From the NCBI GenBank assembly GCA_036397615.1, contig DASWIQ010000118.1:107012-171011 (forward strand): DNA of 64,000 nucleotides. Reading direction: 5' to 3'. The translations under genes were made by a program, and so were the position numbers. How positions within the stretch are numbered: the first letter of the stretch is position 1; each line of letters starts with the position of its first letter. The notes below the pieces were generated by a model. That model ran no database searches, had not been told where the DNA came from, and saw only the letters and a program-made list of their open reading frames with translations. This document shows positions 26,382 through 35,762 of this stretch, in pieces. The stretch is from Steroidobacteraceae bacterium (GTDB lineage: Bacteria > Pseudomonadota > Gammaproteobacteria > Steroidobacterales > Steroidobacteraceae).

Positions 26382-26635
26382 CTACCGCATCTGATTGCAG
26401 GGCGGATTCCAGACCGAGATGAGATCGGAACGCTCGGCGCGACATGATTGTCGAATGGCTCTGACAGGTCGTCCGTCTGGCCGATGTAGATGGGCATGAA
26501 CTGATTCGGCCGCGTCTCATGCGCGAAGATATGGTTGGCCGGTCCGGGACCGAAGACCGTGCCGAACATGTAGACCGTGTAGCGGTAATTCTGGCCGGAC
26601 TGTCCCGTCCAGACGTGAATCCCCGGATCTCCCAT
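26382..26635 (-). pseudogene. remnant of a small GIY-YIG-like protein gene (frame break / internal deletion)
   Basis: The N-terminal 64 codons read WTGQSGQNYRYTVYMFG...PIYIGQTDDLSEPFDNH. After that the tracked frame becomes Arg-rich and runs 175 nt antisense into the neighbouring gene. A shifted frame instead reads CRAERSDLISVWNPPCNQMR and stops at TAG 26382-26384, just outside that neighbour. Confidence 0.4.
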
Positions 26636-26697
26636 GAGACCGGCTTGTACGTCGGTTCAGTCCCGCGTTCAACCGGAACCGGAGCGGATCGGTATCA

Positions 26698-27480
26698 TTA
26701 TTTCCGGATTGATCCTTGGTCGCCGTCGCGCTTTGAATAGTAGCCGTCGAAGACCGTCGTCCAGGTCTTGCCGCCATCGGTCGTCGCTTCCCAGTGCTGG
26801 CGCACGCGCCCGTCGTCGAGCGGCGCCCAGGTGATCCGGTTGATCGACTGCGGATCGGTCGTCGTCGCGAGGACCATGGCCTTTCCCTGCAACCCGCCTT
26901 CAAGGTAGAGCGCGCCGCCCTGGTTGTCGATCCAGGTCTGGTGCCAGGCTTTCCGCGCCGCATCGTAGAAATTGAGGCTCGTCCCTTCATATCCGCCGGG
27001 CGTCGTGTACACCTCTCGAATCGTGCAGCCGTCATTGATCGACGTGATCTGGTTGCGGCTCACGCCGCCCGGCGAGGCCGGTGATGCGACGTTCCAGTCG
27101 CCGAGCCAGAAGTCGAATTGCCGAAACTCGGGCGACTTGCACGGCTTCAGCGGTTCCATCATGGCGACGAACCGCGGATCGTCGTGCAGGGACTGAAGCT
27201 CGGGCAAGGTCATCGCCGCCTGATACGAGCCGCTGCCGGTCGCAAACCAGGCCTGCAATGCGCTGAGGGCGCCGGTCGAATCGCCGCTCGCTGCACGGGA
27301 CCGGGCGAGCCGGATCTGCGCCAGCGCATTGGCGGGCTCCCGCCCGGCGATTTCCTGGTAGGCCGCCGCGGCCCCGGCCCACTGCTTCGCCGTGAACAAT
27401 TTCTCCGCGTCTTCCGTCGTGGCGGTCGCCGCACTGGCGCAGAGAAGCGTGCCGCACAGGAGAAGCATCGATTCTCGCAT
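26698..27480 (-). CDS. secreted hypothetical protein (TPR-like N-terminal module plus beta-rich C-terminal domain)
   Basis: Start at MRESMLLLCGTLLCASAATA (signal peptide). Contains an LPELQSLHDDPRFVAMM module and the stretch FDFWLGDWNV...WHQTWIDNQG...ITWAPLDDGRVRQHWE. Confidence 0.7.
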   Translation of the reverse strand: MRESMLLLCGTLLCASAATATTEDAEKLFTAKQWAGAAAAYQEIAGREPANALAQIRLARSRAASGDSTGALSALQAWFATGSGSYQAAMTLPELQSLHDDPRFVAMMEPLKPCKSPEFRQFDFWLGDWNVASPASPGGVSRNQITSINDGCTIREVYTTPGGYEGTSLNFYDAARKAWHQTWIDNQGGALYLEGGLQGKAMVLATTTDPQSINRITWAPLDDGRVRQHWEATTDGGKTWTTVFDGYYSKRDGDQGSIRK

Positions 27481-27605
27481 GGACCGGACACCCCAGATAA
27501 AGCCGATACTCCGGGCAAATTGCTGGCAATTCGATCCGATTGCCAGTGCCGCGCGCCAGTTTCGCAATCCGTGACCGATCGTGTGGCGGCGGCGAAACGA
27601 GCGGG

Positions 27606-29282
27606 TCAGGGAAACTCGAGCTCCAGGTCGGCAGCGGTGACGAAATGGGGGCGTATATCGACCGGCACGTCGCCCAGGCGGTCCAGCACGGCCTGCACTT
27701 CCGGCCGGATCACGACGAGGCGTTCCAGCATCCGCTTGCCGCCCTCGTAATCGCCATTCGCCTGCAAGGTCATGAGGTCGCGCGTGAGGGTCGTCACGCC
27801 CTTCTTCGTCTTGCGCAGATCGAGACTGAAGGTCCCGTCGGAATTCACGCGGAATCCGCCGGCATCGAGCAGGTAATTGACCTGCATGGCCATGCCCCTG
27901 GCATGTGCATCGTCGGTTCCGAAGCGCAGCGTGCGAAACGCGGACGCGAGGAAGGTCGTGTACATCGCGCGCTCGTCGGCGCGGTCGAGTACGCCCTTGT
28001 CCATCAGCTTTTGCAGCGCCCAGAGACCGGAAATATCCGCCTTCGCCTCCTCGACCGTGCTGTAGAGCTCCTTGATCGCCTGGCGGACGCCTCCTCCCGA
28101 GCCGTTCGGTCCCGTGTTGGTCGGCCCGAGGCCGTGCATCACCTCGTGCATCAGCACGTGGGTGAAAAACGCCTCGAAGTTGACGTGCGGCTGATCATCG
28201 GGCGCGAGCGCCTGCTTCGAGATCGGGACCAGCGTCTGGTCGAACTTTGCCTGCATGTAATTCCGCAGCATCGTGCGCTTCGATCCCATCTCCGCCACGA
28301 TGCGTTCGTCGTTCGGCAGGTTGAATGCCGCCGTCTGCACGTCGTGATTGCCGTCGCCCGCGGCGAACACGACATTGACGACCCGCATTGGCGCGAGCCC
28401 GCCCAGCTGCTTGCGGCGATAGCTCGCGTCGATGGGCAGGCGGTCCTCGAGCCATTGAAGCTCGGCCCCGAACCGGTCGAGCTTCGCAGTCTCCGCTTCG
28501 TCCCGCACCGTGATGAAGGCCTCGAACGCCGCCTTGTAATTGAACCACTCGTCCTCGTAAACCTCATAGGGCCCGATCGTCGCTTCGATCGACGAATCGA
28601 GCTTCATCCACGCGACGTCGCTCGCGTAGTAGTCGTTGGATACGAAAGCGGCCGCTCGCGATTCCAGGAAATCCTGGAGCGTCGGTTGCGCCGTCGCGGA
28701 CGCCGCATCGCGCAGGTGCCGCGCCATTTCGGCAAGCTCACCCTGGTATTCGAGGCTGTAGGGCACCGCCATGAATTTTCCCGATGCATCGCGGCGGATC
28801 GTCGTGAAGAATCCCGTTGCCGCCGCGTGTTCCGCGCCCTGCAGGCCCTTCAGCCAGTTTTCGACGTCCGCCTTGCTCGCGCCGGCCGGATAAAAATTTC
28901 CGGCTTCCGGCTTTTCCGGGACACCGGGGATGAACGCGGCATTCTCGTCGAGCCTCGACCAGGGTCCGCGGTTGATCAGGAAATAATCGAATCGCGCCCG
29001 GCCAAGCGGCGTCGTGTCTTCCAGGAGGCGCAGGAGCAGCGATTCGTCACCCGCCCACAACTGCCGCATGAAGAGCGCATCGGTGATGCGCGCGGCCCTG
29101 ACGAGGCTGGCGAGCGCCTTGCGTTCGCTGGCAGGCAGGCCCGACAACTCGACCCGGATGTCGACCGGCGCAAAGCGCGCGGCCATCTTGTTGAGACGCA
29201 CGGTCTCCGGGGGCAGTCGCATCTCCTGGTCCGCCAGCGCAAGGGCCGGCAGCAGCAACCAGGCAGCAAGCCAACGCTTCAT
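27606..29282 (-). CDS. secreted Zn-metallopeptidase, dipeptidyl-peptidase III (M49)-like family
   Basis: Signal peptide MKRWLAAWLLLPALALA with a GAGGAG SD before the ATG at 29282. The zinc motifs are HEVMHGLGP and, downstream, EEAKADISG, resembling the DPP3 HExxGH/EExxAE pair. Confidence 0.75.
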   Translation of the reverse strand: MKRWLAAWLLLPALALADQEMRLPPETVRLNKMAARFAPVDIRVELSGLPASERKALASLVRAARITDALFMRQLWAGDESLLLRLLEDTTPLGRARFDYFLINRGPWSRLDENAAFIPGVPEKPEAGNFYPAGASKADVENWLKGLQGAEHAAATGFFTTIRRDASGKFMAVPYSLEYQGELAEMARHLRDAASATAQPTLQDFLESRAAAFVSNDYYASDVAWMKLDSSIEATIGPYEVYEDEWFNYKAAFEAFITVRDEAETAKLDRFGAELQWLEDRLPIDASYRRKQLGGLAPMRVVNVVFAAGDGNHDVQTAAFNLPNDERIVAEMGSKRTMLRNYMQAKFDQTLVPISKQALAPDDQPHVNFEAFFTHVLMHEVMHGLGPTNTGPNGSGGGVRQAIKELYSTVEEAKADISGLWALQKLMDKGVLDRADERAMYTTFLASAFRTLRFGTDDAHARGMAMQVNYLLDAGGFRVNSDGTFSLDLRKTKKGVTTLTRDLMTLQANGDYEGGKRMLERLVVIRPEVQAVLDRLGDVPVDIRPHFVTAADLELEFP

Positions 29283-29388
29283 GGCATCTCCTCGGCGACA
29301 CGCCCTGTCGCGGATGAATCGCATGAGGATATTAGAATTCTTCTCCGCCCATCGCCATGCCCGCACACGCCGTGCCAATATTCGGCCA

Positions 29389-30273
29389 ATGTCGCGGCGC
29401 CTTACACTCAGTCTCGACGCCGTCATCGTCGCGGTCACCGCGGAACAGCCACGCATACTGACGACACGACTGCGAGGCAGCGGCTTTCCCTCCCTGCCGT
29501 TTGGCCCACTGGACACCGACCTCGACCTGACGCTCGAAATCGGCCTGCGACGCTGGGTGGCCAAGCAAACCGGCCACGATCTCGGCTACGTCGAACAGCT
29601 CTATACCTTTGGCGACCGGGATCGCCGTCGCGGGGCGAGTGGGACACGCCTGCTGTCGGTCGCGTATCTCGGCCTCGTCAGGGAGGCGCAGCCCTCCCCG
29701 GGCGCTGCCTGGCTCGACTGCTACGAGATCCTCCCCTGGGAGGATCGCCGCGGCGGTGTCACCGAGCTCGTCGCGAACGAGTTGCTGCCAGCCCTTGGCC
29801 GCTGGGCTGGCCGGAATGCCACGCGCCGTCACCGCATCGACGCCAATTTCGGCGGCCGCCGCCCGTGGGACCCGATTCGCGTGCTCGAGCGATATGAACT
29901 GTTGTACGAGACACGACTGGTCCCGGAGAATCAGCGCGATCGCGGCGGAAAGCCCGCCTGCGGGATTCCATCAGGCACCGAACTCGCCCACGATCACCGT
30001 CGCATCGTGGCGACGGCGCTCGGCCGGTTACGCGGCAAGCTGAAGTACCGACCGGTTGTCTTCGAGCTCCTGCCCGAGACATTCACTTTGTTGCGGCTGC
30101 AACGAACGGTCGAGGCGCTGACCGGCATGCGACTGCACAAGCAGAATTTCCGTCGCCTGATTGCCCAGGGCGAGCTTCTCGAGGCAACCGGCACCATGGA
30201 ACGCTCGCCACGCGGGCGACCGGCGGAACTTTTCCGATTCCGCCGCGAGATCGTGCGGGCCCGGCTCTACTGA
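29389..30273 (+). CDS. NadQ/NrtR-like NAD-biosynthesis transcriptional regulator (Nudix-like domain plus C-terminal wHTH)
   Basis: About 294 aa. The N-terminal Nudix-like fold lacks a clean Nudix box. The C-terminal region (LLPETFTLLRLQRTVEALTGMRLHKQNFRRLI) looks like the NrtR/NadQ winged helix. It lies immediately upstream of nadA-nadB-nadC. Confidence 0.65.
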   Translation: MSRRLTLSLDAVIVAVTAEQPRILTTRLRGSGFPSLPFGPLDTDLDLTLEIGLRRWVAKQTGHDLGYVEQLYTFGDRDRRRGASGTRLLSVAYLGLVREAQPSPGAAWLDCYEILPWEDRRGGVTELVANELLPALGRWAGRNATRRHRIDANFGGRRPWDPIRVLERYELLYETRLVPENQRDRGGKPACGIPSGTELAHDHRRIVATALGRLRGKLKYRPVVFELLPETFTLLRLQRTVEALTGMRLHKQNFRRLIAQGELLEATGTMERSPRGRPAELFRFRREIVRARLY

Positions 30274-30275
30274 TC

Positions 30276-30306
30276 TATAATACCGACTAATACTCAGTCA
30301 GAGCAT
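30276..30306 (+). promoter_or_regulatory. candidate nadA promoter -10 box (TATAAT, 30276-30281) plus imperfect inverted repeat ATACTCA-GTC-AGAGCAT (30290-30306)
   Basis: This is the only AT-rich stretch in the 35-nt nadQ-nadA spacer. The palindrome arms are complementary at 5 of 7 positions and lie between the -10 box and the SD (GGAGGA, 30311-30316). Confidence 0.4.
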
Positions 30307-30308
30307 AA

Positions 30309-31268
30309 ATGGAGGACACCATGCGCGGACTCGCGGGTGTGCTGCCGGACGTCGAAATCGCCGCGATCGAGCCGCTGCTGTCGGAGATCGAGGACCTGAA
30401 AGCCGCACGCCGGGCGGTGATCCTCGCCCACAACTACATGACGCCCGACATCTACCACGGGGTCGCCGACCTGCGCGGCGATTCTCTCGCCCTCGCCCGC
30501 ATGGCGGCGGAGACGGAGGCCGATGTGATCGTGATGGCGGGCGTCCACTTCATGGCCGAAACCGCCAAGTTGCTGAATCCTTCGAAGACCGTACTGATTC
30601 CGGATCTTCGCGCCGGCTGTTCCCTGGCGGAATCGATCACGGGCGCCGACGTGCGCCTCCTGCGTGAGCGCTACCCGGGCGTGCCGGTCGTCACCTATGT
30701 AAATACTTCGGCCGAGGTGAAGGCCGAATCCGACATCTGCTGCACGTCGGCGAATGCGGTCGAGGTCGTCGAGTCGCTCGGAAGCGACCAGGTGATCTTT
30801 CTCCCGGACCAGTATCTCGGCCGCTGGGTTGCATCCCAGACGGGCGTCAAGGTGATCCTCTGGGAAGGCAGCTGCATGGTGCATGAACGCTTCACGGGTG
30901 ACGAGCTTCGTGCCTACCGTGCGGGGCATCCCGGCATCCGGATCATCGCGCACCCTGAGTGCCCGCCGGATGTGCTGGCGGAATCCGACTTCGTCGGCTC
31001 CACCACCGCGATGATTTCCTGGGTCGAACGCAATCGCCCGCGCCGGGTCGTCATGGTCACCGAATGCTCGATGTCCGACAACGTCGCGGCCGAGCTGCCC
31101 GACGTCGAGTTCGTGCGTCCCTGCAACCTCTGTCCTCACATGAAACGCATCACACTCGCCGGCATCGCCGATTCGCTGCGCCAGCTGCGTCATGAAGTGA
31201 GAATCCGTCCGGCCGTCGCCGAGCGAGCCCGGCTCGCCGTGACACGGATGCTCGCAATCAGGTCATGA
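30309..31268 (+). CDS. nadA: quinolinate synthase NadA
   Basis: NadA-like motifs: [57 protein letters not shown]. The ATG at 30321 has the better SD spacing and may be the true start. Confidence 0.95.
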   Translation: MEDTMRGLAGVLPDVEIAAIEPLLSEIEDLKAARRAVILAHNYMTPDIYHGVADLRGDSLALARMAAETEADVIVMAGVHFMAETAKLLNPSKTVLIPDLRAGCSLAESITGADVRLLRERYPGVPVVTYVNTSAEVKAESDICCTSANAVEVVESLGSDQVIFLPDQYLGRWVASQTGVKVILWEGSCMVHERFTGDELRAYRAGHPGIRIIAHPECPPDVLAESDFVGSTTAMISWVERNRPRRVVMVTECSMSDNVAAELPDVEFVRPCNLCPHMKRITLAGIADSLRQLRHEVRIRPAVAERARLAVTRMLAIRS

Positions 31269-32803
31269 ACGTCCACGACTTCGTCACGGCACCCGCGGTC
31301 GTCGTCGGCGGTGGCATCGCCGGTCTCGCGACTGCGCTCGCGCTCGACGGCTGCGTGGTCGTCGCCAACGAACCGGTCGGCGGGGGCTCCTCCGTTCGCG
31401 CGCAAGGCGGCGTCGCTGCCTCGATAGCGTCCGGCGACTCGCCGGCATTGCATGCAGCGGACACCCTTGCGGTTGCCGCCGGGCTTGCGGATCCCGGGAT
31501 CGCCGCGCTCGTCGCCGCGTCAGCGCCCCGTCGCATCGGTTGGCTGGCCGAGCTCGGCGTTGCATTCGACCGGGGTCCGTCCGGCGCGTTCGCGCTCGGC
31601 CGCGAAGCCGGCCACGGCCGTCATCGCGTGGTCCACGCCGGTGGCGACCGCACCGGCGCCGCTGTCATGCAGGCCCTGCGTGGCGCGGTCCTTGCGCGTC
31701 CCGACATTCGCGTCCTGGAGCCATTCGAGCTCGTCGATCTCGTGACGGCGGGCGATCGTGCGGTCGGCGTGCTGCTGGCCGGCCGCGGTGGCTTGCGGCT
31801 GGCGGTGCTCGCGCCGCATGTCGTGCTTGCAACCGGCGGCATCGGCGCCTGCTTCGATCGCACGACGAATCCCGCGACTTCCGGCGGAGCCGGGCTCGCT
31901 GCCGCGGCCCGTCGCGGCGTGCTTCTGGCGGACCTCGAGTTCGTCCAGTTTCACCCGACTGCACTCGCGGTCGACCTGGATCCTGTTCCGCTGCTGACCG
32001 AAGCTTTGCGCGGCGCGGGCGCGAGGCTGTTGGACGATTCCGGCGAACGGTTCATGATTGCGATTCACCCCGATGCCGAGCTCGCGCCGCGCGACGTCGT
32101 CGCGCGCAGTGTCCATGCATTCCGCGCGGCCGGCAGGCCGGTGTTTCTGGACGCGACTGCCGTACCCGATCTGGCAGCGCGTTTTCCCGGAACCTGCCAG
32201 ATCGCGCGTGCTGCAGGATTAGACCCTCATACGCAGCCGCTGCCTGTCGTGACCGCGGCGCATTTCCACATGGGCGGGATCGCGACCGATGCGCAGGGCG
32301 CGAGCTCGTTGCCCGGCCTGTGGGTCTGCGGTGAAGCCGCAGCGACCGGCCTGCACGGCGCAAATCGATTGGCGAGCAATTCGTTGCTCGAGGGACTGGT
32401 ATTCGGCGAGCGAATCGCCCGTGCCATCCGGCGCGCACAGTTGGCGCCTCCGCGAGGCGTCCTTGAAGTGGCGCGCCGGCCGGCGGCGCTTCCCGCCGAA
32501 GGCCGGATCACGTTGCTCCGGCAACTCATCGGCGCGAGCCTCGGACCCCTGCGCACGGAGGCCGTGATGATCGCGGCGTTGCAGCGCCTCGAGGCCTGGA
32601 ATCCCGCGACTCGCGCAGAGGACGATGGAATCGTCGTCGCCCGTCAGGTGTTGTCGGCGGCGCTCGAGCGCCGCGAGTCGCGCGGCGCTCACCAACGTGC
32701 GGATTATCCTGAGACCGCCGGCGGCATGGCGGCGCGCAGTTTCCGGAAGCCGCAACCGGCACCGCTCGAAAGACTCGAACTCGTCCGGAGCCGGGTCGCT
32801 TGA
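31265..32803 (+). CDS. nadB: L-aspartate oxidase NadB
   Basis: FAD-binding N-terminus ([13 protein letters not shown]). NadB-like motifs [32 protein letters not shown] and [16 protein letters not shown] overlap with nadA. Confidence 0.95.
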   Translation: MNVHDFVTAPAVVVGGGIAGLATALALDGCVVVANEPVGGGSSVRAQGGVAASIASGDSPALHAADTLAVAAGLADPGIAALVAASAPRRIGWLAELGVAFDRGPSGAFALGREAGHGRHRVVHAGGDRTGAAVMQALRGAVLARPDIRVLEPFELVDLVTAGDRAVGVLLAGRGGLRLAVLAPHVVLATGGIGACFDRTTNPATSGGAGLAAAARRGVLLADLEFVQFHPTALAVDLDPVPLLTEALRGAGARLLDDSGERFMIAIHPDAELAPRDVVARSVHAFRAAGRPVFLDATAVPDLAARFPGTCQIARAAGLDPHTQPLPVVTAAHFHMGGIATDAQGASSLPGLWVCGEAAATGLHGANRLASNSLLEGLVFGERIARAIRRAQLAPPRGVLEVARRPAALPAEGRITLLRQLIGASLGPLRTEAVMIAALQRLEAWNPATRAEDDGIVVARQVLSAALERRESRGAHQRADYPETAGGMAARSFRKPQPAPLERLELVRSRVA

Positions 32804-33654
32804 GGCCGCCACTCGCTGCGCTCGAACAGGCGGTGACCCTTGCGCTTGCCGAGGACCTCGACGCCGCGGGAGACATCACGACAGATGCCGTTGTCCCCGC
32901 CGGGTCTACGATCGAAGCGGAGATCCGCAGCCGCCAGCCGGGGAGAATCGCGGGCGCGGACTGCATTGCCCTGACCCTGTCGAAGTTTTCCGAACCGGCC
33001 CAGGTTGCCGTCCTCGCGCGCGACGGCGCGGATGTCGCGCCGGGCGAGACAGTCGCCCGACTATCCGGATCCGCGCGCACGGTGCTGACTGCCGAACGCA
33101 CGATCCTGAATATTCTATGCCGGCTGTCCGGCATCGCGACCGCGACCGCCGCCGCCGTGCGCCTGGCCGCAGGCACGCGGGCGGTCATCAAGGACACGCG
33201 CAAGACCACGCCGGGTCTGAGGGCACTCGAGAAGTACGCGATCGCGGTCGGCGGAGGCGTCAATCACCGCTTCGGGCTCCACGATGCGGTGCTCATCAAG
33301 GACAATCACATCGGCCTCGCAGGCTCCATTACGGCCGCGGTCGATCGCATTCGCTTGCGGCATGGCGCATCGACCCGCATTCAGGTGGAGGTCGAGTCGA
33401 TCGCGGAACTCGAGGAGGCACTCCGCTGCAAGGTGAACGCCGTGCTTCTCGATAACTTGTCTCCCCCGCAGTTGCGTGCGGCCGTCCGGCTGGTCGATGG
33501 CCGCTGCCACACGGAAGCCTCGGGTGGAATCACGCTGGCAAACTTGCGGGATGTGGCGGCGACCGGCGTCGAGGCGATTTCGATGGGATGGCTCACCCAT
33601 TCTCCGCAAGCGCTGGATCTCGGCCTCGATATCGGCGTGTTGCGGGAAGCGTAA
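32800..33654 (+). CDS. nadC: nicotinate-nucleotide diphosphorylase (carboxylating) NadC
   Basis: NadC-like motifs: AERTILNILCRLSGIAT, DTRKTTPGLRALEKYA, GGGVNHRFGLHDAVLIKDNH, LDNLSP, EASGGIT. TTG start overlaps the nadB stop. Confidence 0.95.
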   Translation: MRPPLAALEQAVTLALAEDLDAAGDITTDAVVPAGSTIEAEIRSRQPGRIAGADCIALTLSKFSEPAQVAVLARDGADVAPGETVARLSGSARTVLTAERTILNILCRLSGIATATAAAVRLAAGTRAVIKDTRKTTPGLRALEKYAIAVGGGVNHRFGLHDAVLIKDNHIGLAGSITAAVDRIRLRHGASTRIQVEVESIAELEEALRCKVNAVLLDNLSPPQLRAAVRLVDGRCHTEASGGITLANLRDVAATGVEAISMGWLTHSPQALDLGLDIGVLREA

Positions 33655-33687
33655 AATGACTGCTCGGACCGAAAAGGAATTCCACCC

Positions 33688-34149
33688 GTGAAGCATTCCC
33701 CTCAGAAAGCGCATGCCATTGGAATCAACCACGTGGCCATCGAAGTGGGCGACGTCGCTGCCGCGATCGACTTCTACGGGCGGTTCCTCGATTTCCAGGT
33801 CGAGGAGCAGAACGACGACATGGCCATCGTCTATTTCGGCGACCAGTTCATCAACTTCATCCGGAACGCCGACCGCAAGCCGGACCAGATGCGCCACTTT
33901 GGAATAGCGGTGGACGACAAGCCGCTCGTCCGCCGGGCACTCGAAGAGTTGGGTATCAAGCTCCTGGACAGCCGGTTCCTGGATTTTCTCGATCCTTGGG
34001 GCAATCGAGTCGAGATCACGACCTATACGAACATTCAGTACACGAAGGCGGAGCATGTGCTCCAGGGCATGGGACTCGCACACCTGAAGAAATCGGACGA
34101 GGCGATTGCCGAGTTGCGTGTCAAGGGCATGGCGCCGGGCAACCGTTGA
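33688..34149 (+). CDS. VOC (glyoxalase/bleomycin-resistance/dioxygenase) family protein
   Basis: GINHVAIEVGDVAAAIDFYGRFLDF and a second half with HFGIAVDD...DPWGNRVEI. GTG start. Confidence 0.85.
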   Translation: MKHSPQKAHAIGINHVAIEVGDVAAAIDFYGRFLDFQVEEQNDDMAIVYFGDQFINFIRNADRKPDQMRHFGIAVDDKPLVRRALEELGIKLLDSRFLDFLDPWGNRVEITTYTNIQYTKAEHVLQGMGLAHLKKSDEAIAELRVKGMAPGNR

Positions 34150-34161
34150 TGCGGTCGGCCG

Positions 34162-34623
34162 TCACGCCGGGCCGCGGGCTCCGGGCCGCGACGAAGGTCC
34201 TGGTTCTCGCTCTCGGGTCCTGTGCGACGGCCGAAGTGACGCGCCGCGGCCCCGGCTACAAGCTCTACCAGGTCGGCAATCCGGCAGATGTCGTGCGCCC
34301 GACCCGCGGCCCGACAGCCTGCCGCGTTGCTGCAACAGCAGCAGCGCGAAAGCCGTGAACTGCTTCGAAACGGAACCGAGATCGATCGTCGAGTGCGTGT
34401 CGAGCGGCTTCGCCCGCTCGACGTCGGACATCCCGAAGGCGAGCGCGTGCTGAAGTGCGCCGTTCTCCGTTACGCCCACCGTGCAGCCGGGTTCACCCGG
34501 CTTCACGAAGCCGTCGAGGATCTCCGAGATGGCGCGATCAATCGTCGTGTCTGCAGCGAAGCTTGCGAATGCCATCAGGCCGGGCAGGCCGGCGGTCAGG
34601 AGTCGAGTGGCGACGTGTGGCAT
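34162..34623 (-). pseudogene. 5' remnant of a serine hydrolase / class C beta-lactamase-family gene
   Basis: The signal peptide and first ~100 residues are good, including the SxxK motif (DLGSVSKQFTAFALLLLQQRG). After that the sequence becomes Arg/Gly/Pro-rich and ends at ~150 aa. Family members are normally ~380-450 aa, and no continuation exists before the next gene. Confidence 0.6.
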
Positions 34624-34690
34624 CTCAATCCGGGCATGAGACAAGATTCTCATTTTGATTCAAACTGTTAAGCCTAAGCAACGGCAAGCC

Positions 34691-35752
34691 ATGATCCACA
34701 GTCCCTATCTCCTTTTCCTCGGCGATGCACCGGATATCGCGACCGCCAAGACCGCCGCCGGAATCCGCCAATGGCGACCCGAACTCTGCGCGGGTCAACT
34801 GCGCCTGCCGGGCTGCCGGGTCGATCTCGGACTGCCGGACCTGACGCCCGCTGAAGCGGCCGGCCACGGCATTCGCAGCCTGATCATCGGCATCGCGAAC
34901 GACGGCGGCTTCATCGCGCCGCATTGGGTCGCTGCCATCGTCGGGGCTTTGCAGGCGGGACTCGACATCGCCTCCGGTCTGCACGAGCCGCTTGCGGGCG
35001 TGCCCGAGATCGCAGCGGCCGCAAGGCAGACCGGCCGGCGGTTGATCGATGTGCGCCAGCCCGACCAGGCGTTCTTGCCGGGCACGGGAAAGAAGCGGAC
35101 TGGCCGGCGCGTGCTGACGGTCGGCACCGATTGCGCGGTCGGCAAGAAATATACGGCGCTCGCCATCGAAAAGGAGATGCGCTCGCGCGGCATCGACGCC
35201 GATTTTCGCGCCACCGGCCAGACGGGCATCTTCATCTCCGGCCGCGGCGTCGCGGTCGACTCGGTCGTGTCGGATTTCGTGTCCGGTGCGGCCGAATGGC
35301 TGTCGCCGCCCGCCGCGCCGTCGCACTGGGACGTCATCGAGGGCCAGGGCTCGCTCTTTCACCCGGCGTACGCCGGCGTGACGCTCGGGCTCATTCATGG
35401 CAGCCAGCCCGACGCCATGGTTCTCTGCCACGACCTCGCGCGGCGCGGCATCGCGGACTATGAGGGGTTCGCGATTCCGTCCTACGAATCCTGCTTCGAC
35501 CTGTATCTCGCCGCTGCGCGCTTGACGAATCCGAGGGCCCGCTTCGCCGGCGTCTCTCTCAACACGTCGCATCTCGAAGAAAAAGAAGCCGCACGCGCCG
35601 TCGCAGACGTCGCAAATCTCGTCTCCCTGCCCTGCTGCGATCCGATCCGTCACGGCGTCGGGCCGGTCGTCGACGAGATCCTCACGGCTGAGCAACGTTC
35701 CCGGCAGCGGGAGCCCGTAATATCGCGTCCGAATCCCGGGTCTCAATCGTGA
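34691..35752 (+). CDS. DUF1611 domain protein (DgcN-like N-acetyltransferase family)
   Basis: PYLLFLGDAPDIATAKTA, GTDCAVGKKYTALA, SVVSDFVSGAAE and EGQGSLFHPAYAGVTLGLIHGSQPD match the DUF1611/DgcN pattern. Start taken at the ATG at 34691. Confidence 0.8.
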   Translation: MIHSPYLLFLGDAPDIATAKTAAGIRQWRPELCAGQLRLPGCRVDLGLPDLTPAEAAGHGIRSLIIGIANDGGFIAPHWVAAIVGALQAGLDIASGLHEPLAGVPEIAAAARQTGRRLIDVRQPDQAFLPGTGKKRTGRRVLTVGTDCAVGKKYTALAIEKEMRSRGIDADFRATGQTGIFISGRGVAVDSVVSDFVSGAAEWLSPPAAPSHWDVIEGQGSLFHPAYAGVTLGLIHGSQPDAMVLCHDLARRGIADYEGFAIPSYESCFDLYLAAARLTNPRARFAGVSLNTSHLEEKEAARAVADVANLVSLPCCDPIRHGVGPVVDEILTAEQRSRQREPVISRPNPGSQS

Positions 35753-35762
35753 AGGACACGCA

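Noticed and set aside
27540-29897. 785-aa plus-strand ORF
   Set aside because: It is antisense to the M49-like peptidase (HEVMH/EEAKAD motifs, signal peptide, good SD) and runs into the nadQ-like gene in another frame. The composition is that of a shadow ORF.
30274-30308. NAD+ (nadA-motif) riboswitch upstream of nadA
   Set aside because: The spacer is only 35 nt, too short for the known tandem-domain RNA. A protein regulator is encoded immediately upstream.
34636-34653. Inverted repeat ATGAGA-CAAGAT-TCTCAT between the beta-lactamase remnant and the DgcN-like gene
   Set aside because: It is short (6-bp arms) and occurs once. It overlaps the alternative start codon of a decayed gene, so there is not enough support to call an operator.
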